Numbered from the stretch's first letter, positions 1 through 12,955 are shown. The stretch: DNA of 64,000 bases from Schmidtea polychroa (GCA_044892525.1 CM097885.1:53818001-53882000); one strand, 5' to 3'. Translations and numbers: made by a program. Notes: a model not told the origin generated them from the letters alone.

Positions 1-636
1 TTGTCCGGTAAGATTAATCAAATATTTCCACTTCTTGTATCGATAAAAGAGTTCATTCATGCAATTAAGGTCAGCCGTCAAAGCAGACATTTTACTCCAT
101 TTCACATTAACACGGTCATTGGAGATGATAGTGTTGTTGAATTCTGAATTGAGACAATTTACTAATTTTTTAATGGCTTTGACAAATCCCGAATAAGACT
201 TTTTATCGATATGAATGCAATAATAATTCCAAGGTCGATAAATTGTTCTCAATAGTCTTTCTACTTGAAAGGCATTTTCATATGCGACTATTGAGAATGC
301 AATAGGAAAAGACTCTTCGTCACTATTAGATTTAGCGAAAAAATATTTTTGATTTTTAAAAAATAAATTACAGTTTTGATCGATATTTTCGTAGAGTTTA
401 GAATCAGAAACTAATTCATTCGGAGGTGTTCTCCATTTTTCTGTTGCATATAAGGTCACTGGATCAACATCTGGTAGATATAGTTCTTTACAGTTTGGGG
501 CTACTTCATAAGGTATATATTTTGTAGGAATATAGTCCATAGTATTATATTTCAGGAAATAAAAGTAAACAAACAAACACAATATGCTAAAGAATAATAA
601 AGAAAATAGAGTTATTTTGTAATAACTTAAACCCAT
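1..636 (-). CDS. GCNT: GCNT-like beta-1,6-N-acetylglucosaminyltransferase paralog A, exon 1 (runs off the left edge)
   Basis: ATG at 636 gives MGLSYYKITLFS-TM segment ... FPIAFSIVAYENAFQVERLLRTIYRPWNYYCIHIDKK ... WKYLINLTGQ, in frame to base 1. Highly similar to 57075-57839. Not in the ORF track because it is truncated by the edge. Confidence 0.9.
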   Translation of the reverse strand, partial: MGLSYYKITLFSLLFFSILCLFVYFYFLKYNTMDYIPTKYIPYEVAPNCKELYLPDVDPVTLYATEKWRTPPNELVSDSKLYENIDQNCNLFFKNQKYFFAKSNSDEESFPIAFSIVAYENAFQVERLLRTIYRPWNYYCIHIDKKSYSGFVKAIKKLVNCLNSEFNNTIISNDRVNVKWSKMSALTADLNCMNELFYRYKKWKYLINLTGQ

Positions 637-907
637 TTATGGAATCTAAAACGAATGTAAGAAAATTAGAAAATAATAGTTAAAAAATAAATTTACCTTA
701 TAATATTGATATAAAAAATAAATGATTTTAAAATAGTCTACAAAACACCCGATATCGCAAAGCAATTTAGTTTTACTATATATATTATTTAAACAACCGT
801 ATAAAAGTTTAAAATTAAGCATTAAAATTAAGCGATTAACAAATAATTATTTAAGTTATTGTTGGATAAATATATTTTATAATAAAATTTGAAACTGGTC
901 AAACCAA

Positions 908-1053
908 AATGAATTGTGAATGTCCAAAATAGAGTACTTAGGTGAGATATTTGAACATCTCAATAGTCTGAATAGCAATATGCAAGGCAGAAATGAAAAT
1001 ATTCTTACGGCAACAGATAAATTAGCTACATTTTAGAAAGAAATTGCAATATG
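908..1053 (+). mobile_element. hAT (Buster/ZBED8-like) transposase fragment
   Basis: Close match to the reverse complement of ~17148-17290 (IEYL.EIFEHLNSLNSNMQGRNENILTATDKL). Confidence 0.75.
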
Positions 1054-1496
1054 AAACCTCATTGATTTGTAGTCTGAAGTACAATTAGATGAATTATATT
1101 CATATTAATATGAGAAATCCTTCTGAATTTATCAAATCTGCTTTACGGATAGTAATATTTATTTTGTTAGTACCATGTTTTATTTGTAACATACACTATT
1201 AGGTGTTTTCAGCTGAGAGTTAAAAATTTCAATGATTTATCAAAATAATTTTAAATTGTAAATAATTGACTATTAAAATAACTTTTAAATAATTTTTAAA
1301 TTGGATTTTTTAAGTTGAAATTTTGAATAAAAATTAAAATAGCTTTTTACAAAAGATTTTTTATTAATGAAATATTTTTAAATAAATATCTTTTAAATAT
1401 TAAAATATTTGGATAAATGGTTTTGAAAATATTTTATTCAACGCGGAAAATTTGTTTAAAATTATAAAATATGTCATATAATAAATACTTGAAATT

Positions 1497-4030
1497 ATGT
1501 CGTTAACTTTTGAACCGGGTTTAAAAAATAATTTAGAAGATGTTTTAGCAGCTTCTAATATGGATTTCTTCATAAAGAAGCTTTTCTCAAATGATTATCA
1601 TATAGGAGATGATGTTGAAACATTCATTAAAGAATGCGATAGATATTTTAAAATGGTACAAAAATCCCTACTTCAAGACAAGAAGTGATGATCGAATTAC
1701 GGATTGACAAGCAGATTAGAGAGATATATACAGGAGTTGTCCAAAATATCAAATGTTATAAGGAAAGATTGCGAAAGGCATTCGTCAAAAAAACAAGAGC
1801 CCGATAAATATTTTACTATCATAGACGAGTTAGTCGATAAAATATTGGGGCATGAGTTAAACAAGGAAAGTATAACAGAATATCTGCTGGTACATTGTGC
1901 AGCCGAGAAGACTTTAAAATGAGAATTGTGTCTAAGTGACACCAAAGGAACAACGGAAGTGAAGAAAAACATCAAGAAGTTACATGAATCTCGTATAGTT
2001 GCAGAAGAGATCTACGCAGTGAGAAAAAGAAGACCAGAACAGAATATAACAAGAAATTACAGAGACGCGGTTACAAATCAAGCAAGAAATATTGTATCAC
2101 CAAAATGTAATATCGAGAGGAGAGAGTATCGAGAAGAAAGACCGAACAGGACTAAGAACGAATGCTGGACATGTCACAAGGTAGAACATTTGAGTAGAGA
2201 TTGCATAACAAAGAAGGCTGTTACATGTTTTACCTGTAAGAAGTCAGTGTAGTCGAATGTTAGGCGGGTGGTACCACGGAACACGTGAGAAGAGATTGTA
2301 AAAAAATAAGGTGTACGACGTGTAGCTTGGGAGGTCATAAAGAGGTAGATTGTTACACAAGTTTGAAGAGAATGAGATATCGGAGAATCAATGAGAATTT
2401 TGGAAGACAACAAGAACGATACGGAGCAGTGAATGGTTATCAAGGAACGAGAAAGGAAACAATACAAGCAGACAAGAGATATATAGCATTCATAGACGAA
2501 CCAAGTGATGAAAGAATAGAAGATAAATACAGAGAATACCCAAATATCAACGCCCCGATAAAATAGGAGATAGTGTATTAAACAGTATATGAAACGATAT
2601 ATGAATCCAGAGGTAATTGATGGTATAGCGTTACAAAAACAATTTGGTATACAACTAAAATGGCCAGTAGAAGAGGTCGAGAAAAAGAAGCAAAAGCACA
2701 TATGCAGTATTGAAGCCAAATTTGGAAAGACAATAACGGAGATGGAACGATTTCAAAGAGCAAAGAATACTTTAAAGAATAATAACCCGATACTACTGAA
2801 CATTGTAAAAAAAATCAAAATGTTTTTATGGCTGATAAATGGGATATTGGCTGTACAAAACTGTTGAAGCATAAAATAGAAACTCAAGGAAAACCGATAA
2901 ATATTAAACCTTGGAGACAACCAGTCAACTTGGAAGGTAAAATAGATGAAGCGATAATAAAACCTATGGGAAAACGATATTATCAAAAAGTGTAATTCGC
3001 CAAAGCAGAGATGTTAGATAAATTGGGTGGAGCAAAGTATTTCAGTTCGATAGATCTTGGAAATGCATATTATCAAGTAGAACTAGAAGATGAATCAAAG
3101 CTAAAAACGGCGTTTTCAACCAAATCAAGGCAATACTGTTTTAACAGAATGCCATTTGGAATAGGAGCGGTACCAGGTACGTTTCAGGAACTGATGGGAA
3201 AAGTATTAATGGATACGAGATATGCAGCAGCATACCTAGACGATATTTTGATATTTACAGAAACGATCAATCACCACTACGAAGTTTTAAATGAAGTGCT
3301 GGATAAAATTGGAAAGGCGGGTCTTAGGATAAACTCTGAAAAGTACCATATCCTTAAAGAAGAAGTCAAATTTTTAGGTCAGTTAATCAACAAAGATGGA
3401 ATACAGACGGGCCCATTAAAGCTAGGCGCGATTAAATCATTTGAAAAGCCAAAATGTGATAAGAATCTGAGAAGTTTCCTAGGAATATGCAATTACTACA
3501 GATGATTTATAAAAGAATACACAAAAAGGCTAGAGTTTTAGAAGAGCTATGCTGGTTAAACAACAAAAAATTAATTTGGACTGACGGATGCAACATCGCA
3601 TTCGAAAATATGAAAAATGCTTTAGTGTCCTCACCTATTCTAGGGTTTCCAGATTTCGAAAGAGAATTCATTCTGGATACTGATACGAGTTTTGACACGA
3701 TTGGAGCAGTATTATCACAGAAAGACGACAACGGGTGCGAAACGGTTCTCATGCAATGAGCAATCATGAAAAGGGATATTGCATAAAAAGGAAAGAGTTG
3801 CTGGCAATCTATTATTTTTGTCAACACTTCAATCATTATTTATATGGAAAACGGTTCATTTTCAGAACGGACCATAAAGCTATCACGTTTATGTTATCCA
3901 CAAAGAAACCAATAACAACGCAATTTCAGACATGGATTAACAACCTCAGTAGTTTGGATATTAAAATAGAGTATAGAAAAGGTACTGATCATGCAAATGC
4001 AGATATGTTGTCAAGGAGTACATGTGCAGG
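1497..4030 (+). mobile_element. Decayed Ty3/Gypsy LTR retrotransposon (gag with CCHC knuckles, RT, RNase H; protease partly deleted, no integrase or LTRs seen)
   Basis: ORF pieces CWTCHKVEHLSRDC, CTTCSLGGHKEVDC, YFSSIDLGNAYYQV, FNRMPFG, YLDDILIF, FILDTDTSF, RTDHKA, NADMLSR, with many stops and frameshifts. Confidence 0.9.
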
Positions 4031-4346
4031 CTCTCTTAGGAACATTAAAAAGTATGATGAATATCCAGTTGTCTCATTGGGTGTGATGTTACACGCAACC
4101 AAACTAAATATTTATACTTATATTTATATTAACATTCTATTTATTTATTGTAGTCAATTGTGTTAAGATTTGTAGCCCCCATCGCTTTGATCTTAACATA
4201 TTTGTTTTAAGCTTTTCGCATCTCACTAGCTCAAACAAGAGTGTGTTTACAGAAAACGCGGTCCTAGGCGTAAACATTGTCTGGGTTTTTTCTAAACATG
4301 TATAGTGAGAGTTTAAGACTGGTGGTGTACGGTACTCCTGTGTTAT

Positions 4347-4671
4347 CTTACCCCCAAAAATTAAATTGTAAAATACAATTAAAATAACAATATAAAAAAT
4401 GAGAGAATACATTATTGATGACGTTATTGAACATGAATTTATTTAGGCTATATGTGATTTATGTGATTATGTGAGTTTATGTGGCGCAAACGTGTTCTAA
4501 GCAACAGTGCCGATGTGTTCGACACTATTCTCAACGACATTGTGGTTTTCTGGCCACCTGGATGACCATTTACAAACTCTTTACAAACATTTGCTGAGTT
4601 TGTAACTGTGATTTAGAAAATAAATATAATAATTATATGTGTTCTTTTTTAATTTAATTTTTGGGGGTAAG
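4347..4671. repeat. Short element bounded by a perfect 21-bp inverted repeat (MITE-like)
   Basis: cttacccccaaaaattaaatt (4347-4367) and aatttaatttttgggggtaag (4651-4671). No TSD recognised. Confidence 0.45.
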
Positions 4672-5500
4672 GTACCCAGTGCCCAAAAATCCACGAAGTT
4701 GAACTTCAAACCACCCTGTACACGATATTGAGTGAAACCAATTATAATAAGTTATAGAAACTATTTTCAAAGAATGTTATTTGTTTTGAGTAGGAAAAAT
4801 GCATGACTTGTTTGTCAAAATTATTGTAATGCAATCGTATGTTAATTATAATATTAATATAATATGACATATGGTTTAGAATTAAAATACTTCATTAAAA
4901 TTAAAATAAAAAAATTTTATTTTGATAATTTATTTTTTATTCCATTCTTTTGGGGGCCCTAGCATCAGCATATTTGTAATCGCACAACTGAGCTTATTTC
5001 ACTCCACTGAAAATATTGATTTTTCAATTTCCCAATTTTCAAAAAAATCTTTTCACTTTGTTTTTTGAATTTAATGTAGCTTTACAAAATTTTTAATTGA
5101 TGTGCAAACGACCTTTTGAGCATTTTTTTATTAATCATTTACATAACCTTAATGTCTATAAAACTTGAAAATTGAGGTGCCAAAAATTTACTTCAACTAT
5201 AAAAATTCATTGATCTGAATCTAAATGAAAAAAAATGAAATTCTAGAGAAAAATATTCATAGAAATTTCAAATAAAATAAATACCTAAAATAAATTTAAG
5301 ATTTGTATTTAATTTTTCCATTAATTTCTGAAAATCTCATTGTGACACTCAAATTTTCTCAAGGCACAAAGTATATGTGTTATCTGTAACTATTTGTTGC
5401 TGCTGAAGGCTTTTCATAATCATGAAAGTAGCAATGGTCAAGGGAAAATATGTCATGATTGTTAATAGAAATGTAGTGAAAGTAGTCCGATATGTAATAT

Positions 5501-6013
5501 TTATTCAGATGATGGCACGTACCGATAGTTCACAAATGGCAATGAACTGTAGTAATCGACATTTAAATCAACAAGACCGGTTCTCGTTTGTTTTTCAACT
5601 TTATCGTAAATCCATCTTTCCAAGCATTTTACGGTGACTGGTTGGAAATTCTCATGGAATTTATTGGCAAAGAGATGTGGCACTTTAACCAATTTCGGTA
5701 AATCACCGACTCCAAAAATACAAATTTCTCGAACAACGTTTTCACTCTCGCATCTATATTGACCCCAGTTTTTGTATCTAGTGATAAAGTATCCCAAACG
5801 ATCGTGTTGTGGTTGGTTTTCATCAGGATTTCCGATAAATGAGCCAGGAATTCTAAATTGAGGATTGTAATTTAAAGTTGAAAAGAAAGTTTCATCTGGA
5901 ATATATCGGTCTTTCAATGAATCAAGTATAACTTTCGATTTTGGCGACTCAAATATGAAAGACACGAATTGGAAATTAACAGTGATATGAACTGATCCAG
6001 TGTACCAGATTAT
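5501..6013 (-). CDS. GCNT: GCNT-like paralog B, exon 2 (C-terminal half)
   Basis: Acceptor tttag|ATA ATC TGG TAC (IIWYTGSVH), then YIPDETFFSTL, C..VREICIFGVGDL, HLFANKF; TAA at 5501-5503. Phase 0 joins exon 1. Confidence 0.9.
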   Translation of the reverse strand: MIWYTGSVHITVNFQFVSFIFESPKSKVILDSLKDRYIPDETFFSTLNYNPQFRIPGSFIGNPDENQPQHDRLGYFITRYKNWGQYRCESENVVREICIFGVGDLPKLVKVPHLFANKFHENFQPVTVKCLERWIYDKVEKQTRTGLVDLNVDYYSSLPFVNYRYVPSSE

Positions 6014-6149
6014 CTAAATAATAATAGAATTACTAACAATAACATTATATTTTATATTAAATTATCAAAAGGAAATGAAATAGAGATAATTGAAAATGAA
6101 ATCAATTAAATCTGTCTCCTTTTTCTAACATTAGTAAATACATTACAAA

Positions 6150-6490
6150 ATAAATTAGTATACTACTGTTAATTTTGTGTGGTGTATTATGTCTAAATGG
6201 GGATGCTTCAAAATAACGTCATTCTCTTACTCATTGGTCAGATTGCCACTGTTATATGCTAAAAAATTAATTTCCAGTCCCGAATTATGTCTCTCGAATT
6301 TTCGATTATCTTTCAATTGCATTGGAAATCAGCTTCTTTATATACCAGTTGTTAACTCAGTATATTTCTCAAAACGTCAATAATTATCTTCAATCACATT
6401 ATACTTCATAAAAACTAAAACACTGTATATGGAGCAGAGATCATCCTCATTTTTAACATTGATAATTGCATGTTTTTGTAATGCTCCAGA
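6150..6490 (-). mobile_element. Fragment of Polinton-type pPolB N-terminal region
   Basis: Reverse strand reads LQKHAIINVKNEDDLCSIYSVL ... FPMQLKDNRKFERHN, homologous to LLNKHCIININNTDDLCFIYS at 45152-45220. Confidence 0.6.
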
Positions 6491-6506
6491 TAACTATGGT
6501 CCGACA

Positions 6507-9298
6507 GTCTACTTATTGTTGATTTTAAGATTTCACCCAGACATGGTCCATGAAAAATATATGAGCCCCATGAATCACTGAGTTATCGTGCATATATAAC
6601 CTTTCACACATTTTGATTAATGATTTATTGCACATTTGATCTATGAGTTATCGCGCATATACTTTTTTATGTGTATATTGATTAAAAAGTGCTATTATTG
6701 ATTTATAAGTGCAATTTCTGACTATAGTCAGAGGTGCTTTTCTTAGATTTTAAGGTTTCGCCTAGACATGTTCCACGAAAAATAATAAGTGGGAGGTCAT
6801 TTAAGTTCTACCACACTGTCTCATACATTTCTCACTTGTTCATTTTATCAACAAATCAAATAGTTGTTACATTAACCAATTAAAATATGTAATAGTCTTG
6901 CATATTTATTTCAAGATACATTCATTTTTACAATGAATGAATACATAATCGCTATTGTCAATGGTTTAATTTATAAAAGTGATGATCAAACAATAAATTG
7001 TTTGTTGAAAATAATAAAAGAAGTAGAGATTCAATGTACCACTGATTTCTCTTCTAACTCATATTGATTCGTGGGGCTCACATCTACCTACTATTGTGCC
7101 CGAACAATTCCAGATTATCTACAAACTTTTAAAATAATTACTTAATTAGTTTATTTTTGTAATAACTTTACCTGATGATCCCAAAAATTTCTAATTAATA
7201 TATTTATCTTAAACCTTTTGTTTTCTACCCACCCATAACTCCGCCATAAGATATTGATTTCTGATTTTAATTAATTTTATTTTTAATTCAAGTTTTTTCA
7301 GTTTTACCTGTTTTGCCTTTGAATCTTTTGCATTTTTAAATTTTTTTGTGCTTTTTTATAAAATTCCAACGTTATAAAACTTTACAAAATGACATTGCAA
7401 TAGATTTTATACTATTGTAGAATTTTCTTTACTGACAAAGTAAACATTAAATGGTAGTTGAGTTATAAAATAAATATGTTAATTAAATAATTGTTTCCTT
7501 AGTAGTGATTGACAATTATTATGTAATTACGCAATTTAAGTAAAATTGGCTGACTTGAACACCGATTATTCCATTATGAGGTTAAAGAATGCGACACTGC
7601 CAATGATTTTCGTAAAAGTGAAGTTACCCTTAAATGTGAAAATGACCTCCCACTTATTATTTAGCCTAAAGAATTCAGAGAAGCGCGTCAGTTAAATAAA
7701 AATGTTTAGTTCGATTGTAATTTTGGTCGACTATTACGAAAATATAAAAATTTAGAGGAGTATGAGTTTTGATGATAATTAGGCTACTTGTGAAGGACTG
7801 CCATATATTAGAAGCTATCAATGAAATGAATGTATATGTTGCTGGTGAAATGCTGATTAAGGCTACAGAGAAATGAGTCATTTAATGTTCTAAAGAAGAC
7901 AATGAAAGTCACTAATAACATTCCAGTCGAACATTTTATTAATTTGAAAAAGCTACAAAACAATTAAGTTTTTTATTGACAGCTTGTGATTGCTTTTGTT
8001 AATAGTTGAACACAGTTAATAATTCATTAATAAAATTCAGATTCTTTTGTTATTCAATCAATAATCAATAACTAATTACTCTATACAGACAATTATTACG
8101 GTCCTTAAAAATTCGCAATCTAGAAGTTTGTATAAGTGATAATGGATTGACGCTTTTTAATATTTAAATCACTGCCACGTTAATAATATATTAAAAATGT
8201 AAACTATTAATATTTGTTACATTAAAACCCAGCAACCAGGTCAAACTAAAAATAGAACTAAATTTGCTAAAATCTAAAAATATTAAATTCTGAATAATAA
8301 TAATAATATTGATTTCCTGAATTAATAATGGTGGTGAGACTTAGGATTATGAGGGTATCGGTATGAAACTTAACATGTCTCTGGTATGAAATTTAAAGAA
8401 ATAATAAATAAAATTTAATGACGTAACATAAGTAGATAGATGTGTGGACTCCAACCCAACAGGAATCCTCGACTCTCAATATTTTTTGGGCGAATAAGTG
8501 GTACATTTTTAGGTGACCCCTTATTTCTTTTGACAGCCCCCCATAAATTTTTAAAATTTGTTTTAATCAGCGATTACGTAATATTCAAATGTTGCTTTAA
8601 TCCAGCGTTTCCCAAAGTGGGTTCTGCGAACTTTTTGTAAATAAATAATTTATAAAAAAAATATTTATAAATAAAGATTAATAAATAATTCTCTATTTTA
8701 TTCGATATAATTTAAAATTAGTTTTAATAATATTTGATAAAAAGGTAAGTTATTTTTTCAATTTTTGAAAATAATCGTATGAGTATTTTTTTATTATCGA
8801 TAAATTTTGTGAATAGTTAACCCAAATTTTTGTGATGATGTTATTCGCGATGATAATATTAGCATTCCCGATATTAAAATTCTAAGATTTTTGTAAATGG
8901 GGTTCCATCAAAAATTTGAAATCAAAAAGGGTGCCGCGGTGAAAACTCATTGGAAAACGCTGCTTTAATCGATTATTATATAATATTTTCAATTTTATTT
9001 TAATCATTGATTATGTAACATTTTGATTTTTAATTATCAATTTTGTAATATTTTAAAAATATTAAAATTGTTGATTACATCATCAATTTTAATTTTTTAT
9101 AAGAATTTCAAAGACTCTTGCTTGAAATTAAATTCTCTTAATCAAAAATTTGAAATTTCGTTTTCAATACACCATTTTTGAATTTACACATCTTTTTAAA
9201 CAACTAGAGATATTTTAACTAAAACAATATATAGATAATATTTAAATTTCTACAAAATGACATCATTATTTATTTCAAATTTAAACTCATAACACCTT
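6507..9298 (+). repeat. Dispersed duplicated non-coding segment, copy 1 (copy 2 at 33457-34994)
   Basis: Long colinear identity with 33457-34994, for example 7441-8220 vs 33584-34570 and 8963-9298 vs 34658-34994. Confidence 0.85.
8603..8962. mobile_element. hAT-family MITE
   Basis: TIRs cagcgtttcccaa / ttggaaaacgctg and 8-bp TSD ctttaatc (8595-8602, 8963-8970). The empty site is present in the duplicate at ~34658. Confidence 0.9.
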
Positions 9299-9879
9299 AT
9301 TATTTTTTATATTTTATTTTATAATTTAAATTTTTTTTAAAACGTAGAAAAATACTTTTTGAGTGAATGTAACTCCTATAGGCATAAAACACAATAAGCC
9401 GTAATATACCTATGCTTCCCGTTTTTAAACAATAGGACATGTAATACAATCAGAGCTTATATTCGCAATATGGAGTTACCAGTTCATATTCGCCCAATTT
9501 TTACCACCGCTTCACCTTTGAGATCACAGCTTCGTAAGTCTCAAAAATCTCTAACATCAGACCTATTTCATTGAGACTGTTTATGCCAATCCTCTACCAA
9601 ATGTTTTTGCTTCTCAAAAAACTTTGTATACCAAATCACCTGAACAAGATGCGACTCATCTTTCTTTCTTTTGAAATCTTTATATCCTTCAGAATACGGC
9701 AATACCATCGTATATTTTGGCTCATCTTGTTTGTTAGTATCAATATTCATATTCACTACATCATTCGACATATCAGTCAATTTACAAAGAGACTGTCGAT
9801 AAATGTATGAATAATGCTAAGGATCGTAGTATGAATAAATGTAAAATGACAAATTAAAAATGTAAATTAAAAAGATTGG

Positions 9880-10560
9880 TAAACAGTTGGGTACATTGAA
9901 TTATAGAATTGTTTCAAAATCGTGCAAAGTACGTAGTATGTTTTTTAGTAAATCTCAAACGCCGGTTGGATTGTGTTCGGATCTCGTTTATCAATTGACA
10001 TGTAATGGGTGAAATGCCACATACATTGGAGAGACCTCCTGTCATCTCTGTACTCGAGTTCAAGAACACTGTTGACCGAAGGAAGTGTCCAATATTAAGG
10101 ATCATAATAAAGTCTGTATGAGAGAATTAGGAATGTCGAGTTTTAAAATCTTATCATTAAATTTTGATAATTGTTTTGAGCGTGTGATATTTGAAGCATT
10201 ATTGATAAGAACTTTTAATTCTAAAATCAATGTGCACAATGCAGTGAATACGTGTGTGTTGAATGTTTTAATTAATTTTTTGTATGTTGATGTATATTAT
10301 ATAATAGTTATGTTAAATAATTATAAAAAAATAATTAAAATAACATTTTTAATAATTTTAAAAGTTTAAATATAATTGATTATTGAAAATTGTTTTTAAA
10401 AAGAATGATTATTAAAAATTTTTATTTATAATTTAAAATTTATATATTTTATAATTTGTTTATATATTATCAATATAGTATATATATTCATCCGTCTTGA
10501 ATGTAGGTAACCTAATGATGATAGTGATACTATCGAAATATTATAGTGAAAAAGATGTAA
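9880..10560 (+). mobile_element. Penelope-like element 3' fragment (degenerate GIY-YIG endonuclease, AT-rich tail, degenerate hammerhead)
   Basis: Frameshifted copy of LVYQLTCNG..ATYIGETSCHL..R..EH and FEALLIRTFNSKIN, homologous to 10822-11212. HHR-like taac CTAATGA t gatag-tgata-ctatc GAAA tatta ta gtga at 10508-10549. Confidence 0.75.
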
Positions 10561-10634
10561 GAATGGCGGTTTTTTAAAAAATTGAAATTATAAAATAAAA
10601 TATAAAAAATAATATTGGAAATATAATTAAAATA

Positions 10635-11500
10635 CAATTATAAGATAACGCCAATCAAACATTCTTTTCACGATATATTTCGACAGTTTTCCTGCCATCA
10701 TCAGGTGAGATATAATAACTAATTAAATTAAGGATTTTAATCAAATTTATTAATTATATATAAAAAAATTTTTTTTTATAAAAACATTTAATTATTTTAA
10801 AAAATTTATACTTAAATTAATATGTTAGGGAATTTAAACTATAGGATAGTGTCAACTTCGTGGAAAGTACGCAATATGTTTATTAATAAGTCAAAAACTC
10901 CGGTCGAATTGTGTTCCGATCTTATTTATCAGTTTACATGTAATGGGTGTAATGCCACATACATTGGAGAGACTTCCCGTCATCTCTGTATTCGAGCTCG
11001 GGAACATTGTAGACCGAAGGCTTTGACCCATATTAGTGAGCACAATAAGGGCTGTAAGATTAAAATAGGTATGTCTGATTTTAAAATTTTATTAAAAAAT
11101 TTCGATAATTATTGGGAACGTGTGATTTGAGAGGCGTTGTTGATAAAATCATTGAATCCGAAAATTAATGTGCAGAATGCAGTAAATACTTGTGTTTTGA
11201 GTGTTTTTAAATAAGTTTTTAAATAGGTTTTTTTATATTGTATGTATTGATTGTTGTATTAAATTAAATAATCAATAAAAATTTTTTAAATTATTAAATT
11301 AAATTTTAAATGCTAAAATTTAAAAAAAAATAATATATTAATTTAAGTATAAATTTTTTTAAAATAATTAAATGTTTTTATAAAATAAAAATTTTTTTAT
11401 ATATAATTAATAAATTTGTTTAAAATCCTTAATTTAATTACTTAGGAAAACTGTCGAAATATATCGTGAAAAGAATTTGATTGGCGTTATCTTATAATTA
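10635..11500 (+). mobile_element. Penelope-like element 3' fragment with inverted pseudo-LTR
   Basis: GIY-YIG motif LIYQFTCNGCNATYIGETSRHLCIRAREH (10822-11130, continuing EALLIKSLNPKIN). 10635-10823 is an inverted copy of ~11335-11500, a typical PLE arrangement. Confidence 0.85.
10668..10708 (-). ncRNA. Minimal type I hammerhead ribozyme of a Penelope-like element
   Basis: Minus strand reads tcac CTGATGA t ggcag gaaaa ctgtc GAAA tata TC gtga: stem I tcac/gtga, full catalytic core, stem II, palindromic TATA in stem III, UC cleavage site. Confidence 0.8.
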
Positions 11501-12148
11501 AATCATTGCCATGTATGTTTAACTATTTATTCAAAAATACAATTAAATATTAATATGAAATATTTTTATTTTTCCTCAACAATAAGTTGTAAATTTAATA
11601 ATGATCAAATTCACTTGAAAAGGCATTGCCAAAAATTTGTGAATATCAAAAACATCGATATACTTTTTAAATATTCTTTTTAATAAATTCAATGGAAAAA
11701 AAGTTCTTATAATATAATATAATTAATATATATATTCTGAATGTCACTTTAGCCATCTTCAATTGCACTTTGGTGTAATTAATGTTAATTGCGGCGATGA
11801 CTCATGCTTATATATTTGGATGTTTGTGATATGTTGAGATTAAAATTGCTCAGAATATTTATTATATTTAATTGAATTCTTATTATTTTGTTTTAATAAT
11901 GTATACTTGGAAAATCTTACGAATAAAGTTAAATCTGATTCTATATTTGAACACATTTCATCCGGTATGGTAAAATCACGTTTCTACCAGAACTCACTCA
12001 TAGCTACTGTAGCATGATATTCATTGCAATCAGTAACTAATAAATAAAATATTAATTTTAAACAATTTTAGTTGCTGTAAATAAAAATATATATGCTGCA
12101 ATTTATCAAGCTAATTTTAACAGCATTAATTAATGAATACAAACTCAC

Positions 12149-12955
12149 AGGAAAGGGCAATTGAATCTTGGGAATTCTCTCTTCAAATCTTCGACTATAA
12201 TTAGCTTGGACATTGTTGGCACCTTTGAATGCTTTAAGAATCTTTACCAACTCTGCGTTGGTTTTCAATGGAAATTCTTGACCGGTCAAATTGATGAAAT
12301 ATTTCCAATTTTTATATCTTTCATAAAGTTCTTTCATACAACTCAAATCTGCAGTCAACACTGACATTTCGCCCCACCGTACATCGATTCGATTTTCAGT
12401 AATAATTACATTTTTAAAGTTGTCACTGACACATCCGACTAGTTCTCGAATAGCTCTTTCAAATTTTGGATTGGATTTTGTGTCGATGTGAAAACAATAA
12501 TAATTCCAAGGCCGATAAATCATTCTGAACAGTCTTTCAACTTGAGAAGCAGTTTTATAAACCATAATACTATAAGCGATTGGAAAGTCTTTTTCTTCGT
12601 TACTCGGTTCTTGAAAAAAATATTTATGCTGAACTAAGAATTTACTGCAACTCGATTGAATTTCTTTAGTCATTTTAGAATCATCGAAATCATTATTGAG
12701 AGGAATTTCCATTATTGCGGCTTTTTTTATTAATTCTTTACTGACATTGGGTTGAAAATATTTATAACAATCAATATTTAGTGGAATATAAATTTTTGGG
12801 CTTTTTGAATTACAGTTCTTTTTATTACAGGTCTTCTTATCACAGTTCTTTGTATAACAGTTTGTTACAATTGAAGGCAAGAAGTAAATGAAAAAACACA
12901 AAAATAATAATAATAAAAATATTAAAATTGTTTTAGAAAATAGAAAAATTCTCAT
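12149..12955 (-). CDS. GCNT: GCNT-like paralog B, exon 1 (joined protein about 439 aa)
   Basis: Type II TM anchor, FPIAYSIMVYK, YCFHID.KS, V.WG..SVL.ADLSC, WKYFINLTGQEFPLKTN. Donor CCT|gtgagt at 12149/12148; intron 6014-12148. Confidence 0.92.

Noticed and set aside
12068..12148. ORF-track C-terminal tails of GCNT exon 1 (also 57033-57074)
   Set aside because: Read-through into the intron past consensus GT donors. The catalytic half is in a downstream exon.
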